Assembly (NCBI GenBank): GCA_016183065.1
Contig: JACPFF010000026.1
Span: forward strand, 4,476-68,475
Source of the DNA: Deltaproteobacteria bacterium
GTDB lineage: Bacteria; UBA10199; GCA-002796325; JACPFF01
Length of the DNA stretch: 64,000 nucleotides
Reading direction: 5' to 3'
This document shows, piece after piece, positions 8,537 through 16,297 of the stretch. Under the pieces are notes generated by a model. It saw only the letters and a program-made list of their open reading frames with translations, searched no databases and was not told the DNA's origin. The position numbers and the translations under genes are program-made. Position 1 is the stretch's first letter, and every line of letters starts with the position of its first letter.

Positions 8537-8718
8537 TACTAAGGAGTACACAACCCACTACACATCTGACTTCGGCTCATGGCCTACGACTGCGTCAGGC
8601 TTCAAGAAAAAATCCTCAACGTATCCGAGTGGATACGTTGAGGATTTTTTCTCTCGCCTTCCTGGTCTCGGCTCATGATCCTGTGTCATCTGTATAGTGG
8701 GTTGTGTACTCCTTAGTA
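8537..8718. mobile_element. MITE-like element: 34-bp terminal inverted repeats (31/34 match) flanking about 114 bp that carry a bidirectional terminator
   Basis: IR-L at 8537-8570 is TACTAAGGAGTACACAACCCACTACACATCTGAC. The reverse complement of IR-R (8685-8718) is TACTAAGGAGTACACAACCCACTATACAGATGAC. No transposase present. Confidence 0.5.
8607..8651. terminator. Bidirectional intrinsic terminator
   Basis: AAAAAA-ATCCTCAACGTATCC-GAGT-GGATACGTTGAGGAT-TTTTTT, a perfect 15-bp stem with A-run and T-run. Lies 22 nt downstream of the acr3 stop. Confidence 0.85.
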
Positions 8719-9779
8719 TCTGCCGGTATCTCCGTTCCGGCCACAGGCGTGGCAAACCAGCGCCGCCGAAAATAGAGGGCGACATGGACAAGGCCCATCA
8801 GGACGGGGACCTCGACCAGGGGACCGATCACCGCGGCAAACGCGGCCCCGTGGTGAATGCCAAAGGTGGTGATTGCCACGGCAATGGCCAGTTCAAAGTT
8901 GTTGGACGCCGCCGTGAACGACAATGTCGTCGACTCGGCGTAATTGGCGCCGGCGCGTTTGCTCATGGCGTACGACACGAGGAACATCACCACGAAATAG
9001 ATGAGAAGCGGCATCGCAATGCGCAGGACATCTCTTGGAAGTGCAATGATATGTTCCCCTTTCAGGGAGAACATGAGGACAATCGTGCAGAGCAGCGCGA
9101 TCAAGGTGAGCGGACTGATCCGCGGGATGAACACACTGTCGTACCACCGGACGCCCTTGGCCCTGATCAAGACGACCCGCGTGGTAATGCCGGCCAGAAA
9201 CGGGATGCCGAGATAGATGAAGACGCTCTGCGCGATGGCGCCCATCGTGATGTGTATCGTGCTCCCTGTGAGACCGAGCCATGTGGGAAAGACAGTGATG
9301 AAGAGATACGCATAGAAAGAGAAAAAAAGGATTTGAAAGAGGGAATTAAATGCGACCAGGCCCGCGCAGTACTCGGCACTCCCTTCTGCCAGATCATTCC
9401 AGACGAGGACCATGGCGATACACCGCGCCAGACCGATAAGAATGAGGCCGGTCATGTATTCGGGGACATCATGCAAAAAAAGCACGGCGAGGAGAAACAT
9501 GAAGAGCGGACCGATCAGCCAGTTCTGCACCAAAGAGAGGAGCAGCACGCGGCGGTTTGAAAACACCGTCCCGACGGTTTCGTACCGCACTTTGGCAAGC
9601 GGCGGATACATCATGATGATGAGCCCGATGGCAATGGGAACGGACGTTGTTCCCACATTGAATTGATTGAGCCACGGGACAATGCCCGGCATGAGTGAAC
9701 CAAGGACCACGCCAAAGGCCATGGCCGTAACAATCCAGACGGTCAGATATCGATCAATCACGCGTAATCGGCGTTTCAT
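8673..9779 (-). CDS. acr3: Arsenite efflux permease, Acr3 family
   Basis: Start taken at [16 protein letters not shown] (ATG 9779). About 10 TM with typical Acr3/BART-family blocks. The C-terminal tail is encoded by the MITE-like IR. Confidence 0.8.
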   Translation of the reverse strand: MKRRLRVIDRYLTVWIVTAMAFGVVLGSLMPGIVPWLNQFNVGTTSVPIAIGLIIMMYPPLAKVRYETVGTVFSNRRVLLLSLVQNWLIGPLFMFLLAVLFLHDVPEYMTGLILIGLARCIAMVLVWNDLAEGSAEYCAGLVAFNSLFQILFFSFYAYLFITVFPTWLGLTGSTIHITMGAIAQSVFIYLGIPFLAGITTRVVLIRAKGVRWYDSVFIPRISPLTLIALLCTIVLMFSLKGEHIIALPRDVLRIAMPLLIYFVVMFLVSYAMSKRAGANYAESTTLSFTAASNNFELAIAVAITTFGIHHGAAFAAVIGPLVEVPVLMGLVHVALYFRRRWFATPVAGTEIPADTKEYTTHYTDDTGS

Positions 9780-9872
9780 GCAGCGGGCTCCTTGTGCGGC
9801 GCACATGACCACATCAATGTCTCGATTGCAATCGGACCGTGTTTCAAGTAGGCAGCCCGCAGTTCGAATGAA

Positions 9873-10065
9873 AGCGCGGAGGGGAGATAGAGGGAGTGGT
9901 GTAGAAGCCGTACGATCGCATGCGCCCGTAGCTCAGGTGCGACCGAGCCCGGCCCCGCTCGGCGCAGCCGAGTGGGGGGCGAGGAAGTCCCCGCAGCGCG
10001 GAGCGCGGAGGGGAGATAGAGGGAGTGGTGTAGAAGCCGTACGATCGCATGCGCCCGTAGCTCAG
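9873..10065 (+). repeat. Tandem duplication (period 129 bp) of a 64-nt block comprising the tRNA-Arg upstream region plus the first 15 nt of the tRNA
   Basis: 9873-9936 and 10002-10065 are identical (AGCGCGGAGGGGAGATAGAGGGAGTGGTGTAGAAGCCGTACGATCGCATGCGCCCGTAGCTCAG). Confidence 0.9.
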
Positions 10066-10124
10066 TTGGATAGAGCATCAGGCTTCGAACCTGAGGGTCG
10101 GGAGTTCGAATCTCTCCGGGCGCG
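10051..10124 (+). tRNA. tRNA-Arg (anticodon TCG)
   Basis: Manual cloverleaf: acceptor GCGCCCG/CGGGCGC, D-arm GCTC/GAGC, anticodon stem TCAGG/CCTGA with loop CTTCGAA, T-arm GGGAG-TTCGAAT-CTCTC, discriminator G. No encoded CCA. Confidence 0.9.
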
Positions 10125-10126
10125 CA

Positions 10127-10150
10127 ACGACTTTTCGCCAGAAAAGTCGT
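10127..10150 (+). terminator. Hairpin directly after the tRNA (ACGACTTTTC-GCCA-GAAAAGTCGT)
   Basis: Perfect 10-bp stem. Followed by a T-rich tract (CCTCCATTTTCTATTTTCC). Confidence 0.45.
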
Positions 10151-10252
10151 CCTCCATTTTCTATTTTCCATTCTTCTATTTTCTGGGGTTTCTTGCTGTT
10201 GGTCGGGGCGGAAAATCGGGAAAAGAGAAAATGGAGAATAGAAAATAGAGGT
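10151..10252. repeat. Imperfect about 26-bp inverted repeat of TTTTCTATT-type motifs (10151-10176 versus 10227-10252)
   Basis: CCTCCATTTTCTATTTTCCATTCTTC versus the reverse complement of the right arm, CCTCTATTTTCTATTCTCCATTTTCT. Next to a tRNA and a recombinase remnant. Confidence 0.5.
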
Positions 10253-10262
10253 TTTTAAAATC

Positions 10263-10388
10263 ATGGCATTTCAGTTTGAAAAGCTCGAAGTTTACCAGAG
10301 GTCGCTTGATTGGGTTGAAACGGTTGAGTCCCTCTGTGAAGCTCTTAGAGCCTGTTTAGAATCTTTTGTAAGGGCGTGTAATGAATGA
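10263..10388 (+). pseudogene. N-terminal fragment (41 codons) of a four-helix-bundle protein (23S rRNA intervening-sequence protein family)
   Basis: MAFQFEKLEVYQRSLDWVETVESLCEAL matches the family N-terminus (F.KL.VYQ.A..L). The ORF stops after 41 aa, whereas the family is about 120 aa. Confidence 0.45.
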
Positions 10389-10465
10389 TAAAAGCTGGAT
10401 CGGCCTCGGTGTGGGCCGATAGTTTGCCGTTCTTGATTTTGTGGTTGATGCTCCGTTTGATGTTA

Positions 10466-10855
10466 TCACTCAATTGCAACACGTAGGATTTGGCGGTCAT
10501 GACTAAAATCCCAACGCATGATGTCGGTGCTGATCGCGTTGTGATTCAAGATCATGCCTTCACGGTTGAAATGGAGTTCGATTTTTTCTGCTCGGATCAA
10601 TTGATCCAACATGACGGATTCCTTGAAGCTCCTCTGAATCCGATCCCCAGCATCGGCCACCATGGCCACAATCTCTTTCTGTGCCTTGGCAACCTCGATC
10701 ATCTGGTGAAATGCCTTCCGGTCGCCTTGGGTGGAAGACTCGATGAGTTTGAAAACATTCAGGACATTGAGATTCTCAGATGAGTTGAACGCGGCGAGGC
10801 TACGCGAAGTCCGTTCGCCCACCATTTTATCAGCGGTTTTTTGACGGTTTGTCAC
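10466..10855 (-). pseudogene. Serine recombinase catalytic-domain remnant, truncated at both ends
   Basis: ESSTQGDRKAFHQMIEVAK...VAMVADAGDRIQRSFKESVMLDQL...IELHFNREGMIL parallels the resolvase/large serine recombinase core (ESAK..GR..F..M...V.K.DRL.RNF.D...LD.L...ELHF..E). It lacks the YxRVS catalytic-Ser segment and everything after about residue 130. AT-richer than the flanks. Confidence 0.6.
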
Positions 10856-10997
10856 GGGATTCCAACTATGAGAATCTATCCCCCCAACAAGAAACTCCTA
10901 ATTATTTGAAATCATTAATATTACGATTTCATTTCCCTTCGTGCTATTTGGCATGGATATTGCTTTTTTTTCGATCCAGGGACGAAAGCGAGGCCTT

Positions 10998-13193
10998 ATG
11001 CCGTCACTACGCTGGGTTATCATAGCATTGCCGCTGGTGTGCGTATCTGCATGTCATGACGGAGGGACGCCAGCGTCAGCGCCCGGTGACACGACCGAGG
11101 GGAATGGAACCGGTCCGTTGCCCGAGAGTGATTCTCCTTCGGCTGTTCTTGGTACCGGAGGGCTGCCATCGCCGAATGCTGGTGGCGAGGCCCAAATCCC
11201 AGATATTGTTACGGTGCCGACGGAAGGAGTATCGACAGGAGAAGCTGGCGAGGTGACCGGAGCGGGCGCGGTGGAGCCTGCTGGTGGTGGCGCGACAACG
11301 GTCGATGGAGCGGGAGAGCTGGGTGACGGCACGTCCTCTGGGGACACCGGTGTTGACAGCGGAGGGAGCAAGCCGTCGGCCGCGGCAACTCCGGGTGGCG
11401 ACATTACCACCGCAGGCCCGGCAGCGGATGCCGGTGGCACAGTGCCGGCAGTAGGCGCGGACGGTGGGGGGCTGGCTGCGGGAGCAACGCCAGGCGGTGC
11501 AACGCCGGGAACGGCGGTGGCTCCCGGAAATGGAGTGATCCAAAGTAGTGTCCCCGCCGTGTTATCGGCAACTCCGGGTGGCGACATTACCACCGCAGGC
11601 CCGGCAGCGGATGCCGGTGGCACAGTGCCGGCAGTAGGCGCGGACGGTGGGGGGCTGGCTGCGGGAGCAACGCCAGGCGGTGCAACGCTGGGCGATGCAA
11701 CGCCGGTGATATCAGGGAGCGGGGCGATTGTGGGTACAGAAGGGAGCGGGGCGATCGTAGGCACAGAGACGGGGCCAAAAAATGTCACCGGATCTTCTGT
11801 CGTGCAGGATACGCCATATGCGAGTGTGCCGATCAAGGAGGCCGGCGACGGAGCGCGCACGTCACCGAGTAGGAGTGCTACCGGGATCACCTCCGCAAAC
11901 GTACTCCAGGGCGGCATCGATCAGTCGCCTCAGGCAACGACGTTAGTGCCTGGCGCCTGTCAGACGGTGAGTGACTGTGTACAGGAGGGTGATATTTGTG
12001 CAGTGATGGGAAGTACGGATGATTTGGGTCAGTGTCAGCCAAGCAATGGCGAATGTGACGATGCGATCGGTGATGCCTGCGGTGTGGGTCGGGTCTGTGT
12101 CTATCGCCCATGGGTGAACGAGAATGCGAAGTATGCTTGCGAGACCGGAGTGGTGTGCAAAGAGGCAACAGAGGACCTCTCGGGAGGCACGGACGATTGT
12201 CAAGACGAGAGCGGATGGGCATGCGTACGGGGATTATGTCGGCGGTTGGAAGTGGCAACATTGGAGCAGTATGCCTGCCAAAAAACGAATGAATGTAACA
12301 CCGGATGGACCTGCGGCACTGTTACATACGATCAGAAATCACACAAGATTTGTGTAGAAGGTCCATCGGCGTGTATACAAGATGAGGAGTGTGGGAAGGG
12401 ATATTATTGTGCAAAAGATTATGGAGACGGGGACGGCACATGCCTCGAGAAAAAACTTGCGTGGCAGAAGTGCAACAAGTCGAACGAGTGCACCGAGGGA
12501 ACGGTGTGCGGCGGAATTCCATATACGACAAGTAAGTGCGTACCAAAAGGATATCCCTATTTACAGTTCACAACGGGGACACTGCATCTTGGTGTGTATG
12601 ATGGAAAATTCGCAAAAACCAGCATACCGACTCCATCAGTAGATAATCAATCCGTCGTGGTCGGTGTCGGTGTATCAACGGAAAAGGCCGAAACGCTCGT
12701 CTACTCCTATATTGACAGTGTCGTATCAGTGAAAATGCCAATCTCGAATGTGATCACCCCGAATGGTCTGACCGAGAAGCAGGTGAAGAAGGAGTTGGCA
12801 AGCACATCGTTTGTGAGTCCCTATGTTCAAATTCCGACGCTCGATACGGATCAAACATTTCATTATATCTCCGGATTCGAGGTGCGCGTCGGGCTGTGGT
12901 ATGGCTGGCCGAATATTATTCGCGGCCTAACACCGTATGTCATGACGCTCAAGATTCAAGGAGATCACTTTGAGGAAACTGCGCAGCCAGAACAGCCTGG
13001 CTATGTCGAGTCGATCTACTGGAGCCCGAAAAATCCAGGATGGTCATATACAGAGTACAATCTCCTCTGTCCTAAGGGATTCGCCGTCAGCGAGGTGAAA
13101 ACGAGCAGTGGACCTTCCCTGGAGGAATGGGGCCCCCTTCTTGACGGGTTCGGCATCGACTGCCGTGAAATCGTGTTGGAGAAAGTGAAATAA
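10998..13193 (+). CDS. Large secreted lipoprotein: G/A/T/P-rich repeat region, six Cys-rich modules, C-terminal beta-rich domain
   Basis: Start taken at MPSLRWVIIALPLVCVSAC (lipobox VSAC). 61-aa internal duplication. Repeated C-x5-C-x5,6-C-x9,13-C modules between residues about 320-510. Confidence 0.6.
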   Translation: MPSLRWVIIALPLVCVSACHDGGTPASAPGDTTEGNGTGPLPESDSPSAVLGTGGLPSPNAGGEAQIPDIVTVPTEGVSTGEAGEVTGAGAVEPAGGGATTVDGAGELGDGTSSGDTGVDSGGSKPSAAATPGGDITTAGPAADAGGTVPAVGADGGGLAAGATPGGATPGTAVAPGNGVIQSSVPAVLSATPGGDITTAGPAADAGGTVPAVGADGGGLAAGATPGGATLGDATPVISGSGAIVGTEGSGAIVGTETGPKNVTGSSVVQDTPYASVPIKEAGDGARTSPSRSATGITSANVLQGGIDQSPQATTLVPGACQTVSDCVQEGDICAVMGSTDDLGQCQPSNGECDDAIGDACGVGRVCVYRPWVNENAKYACETGVVCKEATEDLSGGTDDCQDESGWACVRGLCRRLEVATLEQYACQKTNECNTGWTCGTVTYDQKSHKICVEGPSACIQDEECGKGYYCAKDYGDGDGTCLEKKLAWQKCNKSNECTEGTVCGGIPYTTSKCVPKGYPYLQFTTGTLHLGVYDGKFAKTSIPTPSVDNQSVVVGVGVSTEKAETLVYSYIDSVVSVKMPISNVITPNGLTEKQVKKELASTSFVSPYVQIPTLDTDQTFHYISGFEVRVGLWYGWPNIIRGLTPYVMTLKIQGDHFEETAQPEQPGYVESIYWSPKNPGWSYTEYNLLCPKGFAVSEVKTSSGPSLEEWGPLLDGFGIDCREIVLEKVK
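11384..11688 (+). repeat. Perfect 122-bp direct repeat inside the lipoprotein gene (11384-11505 and 11567-11688, period 183 bp = 61 codons)
   Basis: Identical strings GGCAACTCCGGGTGGCGACATTACCACCGCAGGCCCGGCAGCGGATGCC...GGTGCAACGC read at both positions. Confidence 0.9.
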
Positions 13194-13288
13194 CGTCCGA
13201 CGCTCTACTTTTGTGCTCCCCATTCATTGCCATTCTATGGTAAGGCGTCGCCCGTTGTCCTGTGGATGCTGGGGAAACGGGAGGGGAT

Positions 13289-13993
13289 ATGCGGCTGGCC
13301 ATGCTCGTGCTGTTTGTGGGGCTCGTCGTTCCCGTCACAGGCTGGGGCGCAAACCGATGTGTCACGTGTCATGTCAGTGCCGCCGGCGGTGCGGGGAAAA
13401 TCCACGGCGTGGAGGATTGGCAGCACTCGGCGCACGCGCGGCACGATATTACGTGCGATCGGTGTCATGGCGGGGATCCCGCGGGCCCGACGGCAGGGGA
13501 GGCCCATCGCGGGATCCTCAATTCCCGCGAGGTGAAGAGTCCGCTCTATTTCACGCGCATTCCCGAGACCTGCGGCGGTTGTCATGTGGCCGAGTTTGCG
13601 ACTTTTCAGAAGAGTTATCACTACAAGGAGTTGCTTCGTACCGGACGTGGTCCGAACTGTGTCACGTGTCACGGGGCCATGGCCACGCGGGTGATGGCCC
13701 CGAAAGAGATGGAACAGACGTGTGTTCTTTGCCATGCGCGCCCCACAGGCGCTGGCGAGGCACTGGTGACACTCAATCTTGCGGGCTCTCTCCTCACACA
13801 ATGGGAGACCCGGGTCCGGTCGACGGCGGATGGTCCTGGGAGCGCATCGCTCAAGGCCGCGCAGCAAGCCTACGCACAGGTGCAACGCAAATGGCACGCC
13901 TTCCAGATGACCGCAGTCCGGAAAGAGGCGGAAGAGATCGTTCGCACAGCGAGACGTGAACTGGAGATGTTACGGAAACAACCGATGCCATGA
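13289..13993 (+). CDS. Periplasmic pentaheme c-type cytochrome
   Basis: Signal peptide MRLAMLVLFVGLVVPVTGWGA. Five CxxCH motifs (CVTCH, CDRCH, CGGCH, CVTCH, CVLCH). ATGA coupling to the Rieske gene. Confidence 0.8.
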   Translation: MRLAMLVLFVGLVVPVTGWGANRCVTCHVSAAGGAGKIHGVEDWQHSAHARHDITCDRCHGGDPAGPTAGEAHRGILNSREVKSPLYFTRIPETCGGCHVAEFATFQKSYHYKELLRTGRGPNCVTCHGAMATRVMAPKEMEQTCVLCHARPTGAGEALVTLNLAGSLLTQWETRVRSTADGPGSASLKAAQQAYAQVQRKWHAFQMTAVRKEAEEIVRTARRELEMLRKQPMP

Positions 13994-14484
13994 TCACCGT
14001 CGAAGACCCCGTCCGACGAACACTGCTTAAGCGGGGGATTGCCCTCATGGGCGGATTGCTCTTCGCGGGCCTCATGGCGCCCGCGGGCGGTTATTTTCTG
14101 GCGCCCCTGTGGCGGCATTCCGACGAGGGCTGGAGCGAGGTGGGACCCGTGAGTGCCATCCCCGTTGGGACACCGATCAAGGTCGATTTCGTGGAGCGGA
14201 AAAAAGATGGATGGGCCACCACCGAGGGCCGCGCGAGTGTCTGGATCGTTACCACGGACGGTGCGCAGTTCACGGTGTACGATCCGCGCTGTACGCACTT
14301 GGGTTGCCCCTACCGGTGGGACACGGAGAAAGGGGTCTTTCTCTGTCCCTGCCACACCGCCATCTTTGATATGGACGGTCATGTCTTGTCCGGGCCGGCC
14401 CCGCGCCCATTGGACCGGTTGCTGACCAAGGTCGAGGATGGACGCTTGCTGATCCGGGCCGTCACTCACCCACAGGAGACGTGA
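13990..14484 (+). CDS. Rieske [2Fe-2S] protein
   Basis: Twin-arginine-like N-terminus (VRRTLLKRG). CTHLGC and CPCH cluster boxes. Confidence 0.9.
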   Translation: MITVEDPVRRTLLKRGIALMGGLLFAGLMAPAGGYFLAPLWRHSDEGWSEVGPVSAIPVGTPIKVDFVERKKDGWATTEGRASVWIVTTDGAQFTVYDPRCTHLGCPYRWDTEKGVFLCPCHTAIFDMDGHVLSGPAPRPLDRLLTKVEDGRLLIRAVTHPQET

Positions 14485-14487
14485 ACG

Positions 14488-15153
14488 ATGCGACGTGCCG
14501 TGGCGACATGGCTCGACGAACGGTGCGGCTGGCGCACGCTCAAACGCGTCCTCCTCGATCGGAAGATCCCGAAGGGCGTTGGGTGGCTCTACACGCTGGG
14601 GAGCATCAGCCTCTTCTGTTTTCTGTTACAGGTCGTGACCGGCATCCTCCTTGCCATGAATTATGCCGCCACCCCTGACCAGGCCTATCTCTCCGTCAAG
14701 TATGTCACCGAAGAGATCCCGATGGGGGCCTTCCTCCGCGGTCTGCACAAATGGGGGGCCTCTGCCATGGTCGTCTTCGCGACGCTCCATATGCTGCGGG
14801 TCTATTTCATGGGGGCGTTTAAATATCCCCGTGAGATGACCTGGATTGTCGGTCTGGCCATATGGCTCCTCATTCTGGGACTGGGGTTCACCGGATACCT
14901 CCTCCCGTGGGATCAGAAGGGATATTGGGCCACGGTCGTCGGGACCAAAATTGCCGAACAGGCGCCATTCCTTGGCGAGGAGATCGCGACGCTCCTGCGC
15001 GGTGGCGCACAGGTCGGTGCGGTCACGCTCACGCGGTTTTACGCGATTCATCTGCTCCTCCTTCCCGCATGTCTCGTAATCGGTCTGCTGGTCCATCTTT
15101 TCCTCGTCATCTGGCACGGGATTTCAGGCCCGCCGGATCGGGAGCGGCGGTGA
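14488..15153 (+). CDS. Cytochrome b, N-terminal (b6-like) half
   Basis: 221 aa, 4 TM. QVVTGILLAMNY..., LRGLHKWGASAMVV and HMLRVYF blocks with conserved His. Confidence 0.9.
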   Translation: MRRAVATWLDERCGWRTLKRVLLDRKIPKGVGWLYTLGSISLFCFLLQVVTGILLAMNYAATPDQAYLSVKYVTEEIPMGAFLRGLHKWGASAMVVFATLHMLRVYFMGAFKYPREMTWIVGLAIWLLILGLGFTGYLLPWDQKGYWATVVGTKIAEQAPFLGEEIATLLRGGAQVGAVTLTRFYAIHLLLLPACLVIGLLVHLFLVIWHGISGPPDRERR

Positions 15154-15156
15154 TCC

Positions 15157-16128
15157 ATGGAGAATGGCGACTGGAAGATGCGCCTCCGCGCACGTTACGA
15201 AGCCCTGAAGCAGCAGGGAAAGTCCTTTTTTCCCCATACGATCTTCAAGGATACCGTGGCGGTGCTGGCGGTCTTTGGCGTTCTGTGTGCCTTGGCGGTC
15301 TTGATTGGCGCTGCTTTGGAGGAGGTGGCCGATCCTGCGGACACGACCTACAATCCGCGGCCGGAGTGGTACTTTCTCTTCCTCTTCCAGGCGCTCAAAT
15401 TTTTTCCCGGGGCCTGGGAGCCGGTGGCCGCGATTATCTTTCCGACTCTTGTCCTGCTCCTCCTGCTCCTCCTCCCCTTCATCGATCGCGGACCTGCGAG
15501 GCATCCGCTCGACCGTCCCGTCTGGACCGGACTGGGGCTCGTGGCCATTGCCGGGTTCGGCGCGCTCACGGTGATGGGATTCCGGTCGCCGCTCCTCAAC
15601 CCGATCACGCATCACGATCCGGTTGTGGCCGAGGGGAAGGCGCTCTATCAGGAGCTGCGGTGCAACTACTGTCACATGATCCAGGGACGCGGGGGGACGG
15701 TAGCGCCTGATCTGACCACGGTCGGTGCGCGACGCGATCGCGAGTGGCTGGTGACCCACTTTAACGATCCCCAGCAGGCCACACCCGGCTCGCTCATGCC
15801 GCGACTGCGACTGTTGTCGGAGGAGGCGCACGTGCTGACCGCCTACATGCAATCACTCGGCGGGGCAGGGCCATTTTCCCCCGAGGCCCCGGCGCTCTTT
15901 GCCGACCAGTGTGCCACGTGTCACCGACTCGACGGTGCGGGGGGCGACGCGGGTCCGGACCTCACCACGGTCCATACCTACCGGGACGCCCCCTATCTCT
16001 CCGGCTATATTGCCAATCCGCCCTCGCTCAACCCCGGCGCGGCCATGCCGGGATTTGAGGGTGCACTGACCCCGGCACAGATCGAAGACCTCGTCCGTTA
16101 CCTCTCCTCCTCGCAGCGGGGGAAGTGA
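15157..16128 (+). CDS. Cytochrome b C-terminal half (subunit IV-like) fused to a diheme cytochrome c
   Basis: PEWYFLFLFQALKFFPG block and 3 TM, then CNYCH and CATCH heme motifs. Confidence 0.85.
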   Translation: MENGDWKMRLRARYEALKQQGKSFFPHTIFKDTVAVLAVFGVLCALAVLIGAALEEVADPADTTYNPRPEWYFLFLFQALKFFPGAWEPVAAIIFPTLVLLLLLLLPFIDRGPARHPLDRPVWTGLGLVAIAGFGALTVMGFRSPLLNPITHHDPVVAEGKALYQELRCNYCHMIQGRGGTVAPDLTTVGARRDREWLVTHFNDPQQATPGSLMPRLRLLSEEAHVLTAYMQSLGGAGPFSPEAPALFADQCATCHRLDGAGGDAGPDLTTVHTYRDAPYLSGYIANPPSLNPGAAMPGFEGALTPAQIEDLVRYLSSSQRGK

Positions 16129-16216
16129 CGGGGGGCACGGCGCCCGAATGTGGTGACCTACACCTTAAATCTGGCGTGAACGATATTTAGTCCCCCCGGT
16201 AGCCTGTTATCATCGA

Positions 16217-16297
16217 CTGGCCAAGTGCAGAGGAGGTATGGGGAGCGGAAACTCGCGCCTGGCACGGTGTGTACAGTGGTGGACCTTACCACGGAGG
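16217..16297 (+). other. Conserved about 81-nt 5' block, copy A (overlaps the start of the GRAS-like ORF)
   Basis: 58/81 identical to 17828-17909, including a 49-nt core with 40 matches. A 1-nt indel breaks any common reading frame. Confidence 0.6.

Noticed and set aside
7051-8697. 548-aa plus-strand ORF overlapping the GH17-GT2 gene and the intergenic repeats
   Set aside because: It is a shadow ORF. Its sequence is charged and low-complexity. It runs through the REP-like element and the MITE-like IR. The opposite strand encodes a motif-rich glycosyltransferase.
9861-9869. AGTTCGAAT (T-loop-like 9-mer) upstream of the tRNA as a second tRNA fragment or att remnant
   Set aside because: The flanking bases cannot form a T-stem, and there is no further similarity to the tRNA 3' end. 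A 9-mer match is too short to support the idea.
9937-10001. Similarity of the spacer between the tRNA-upstream duplicates to the reverse complement of the 83-nt palindromic element
   Set aside because: Only short GC-rich runs (GTCCCC.CAGCGCG, GGGGGCGA) match, and they occur in a different order. This is compatible with compositional bias and is not counted as a third copy.
9873-10065. Possible CRISPR-like or minisatellite array near the tRNA
   Set aside because: There are only two copies of a 64-nt unit, the unit includes tRNA sequence, and there is no spacer periodicity or cas genes. It is treated as a tandem duplication.
13213-13959. Alternative 248-aa frame overlapping the pentaheme cytochrome gene
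   Set aside because: This frame lacks heme motifs and a signal peptide. The 13289-13993 frame has five CxxCH sites, a signal peptide and ATGA coupling to the Rieske gene.
16259-16276. CTGGCACGGTGTGTACA (and CTGGCACAACACGTGA at 17871-17886) as sigma-54 promoters
   Set aside because: The -24 TGGCAC is present, but the -12 element is GTAC/GTGA instead of TTGC. Copy A also lies downstream of the ATG it would have to serve. Contrast this with the full consensus at 54819-54834.
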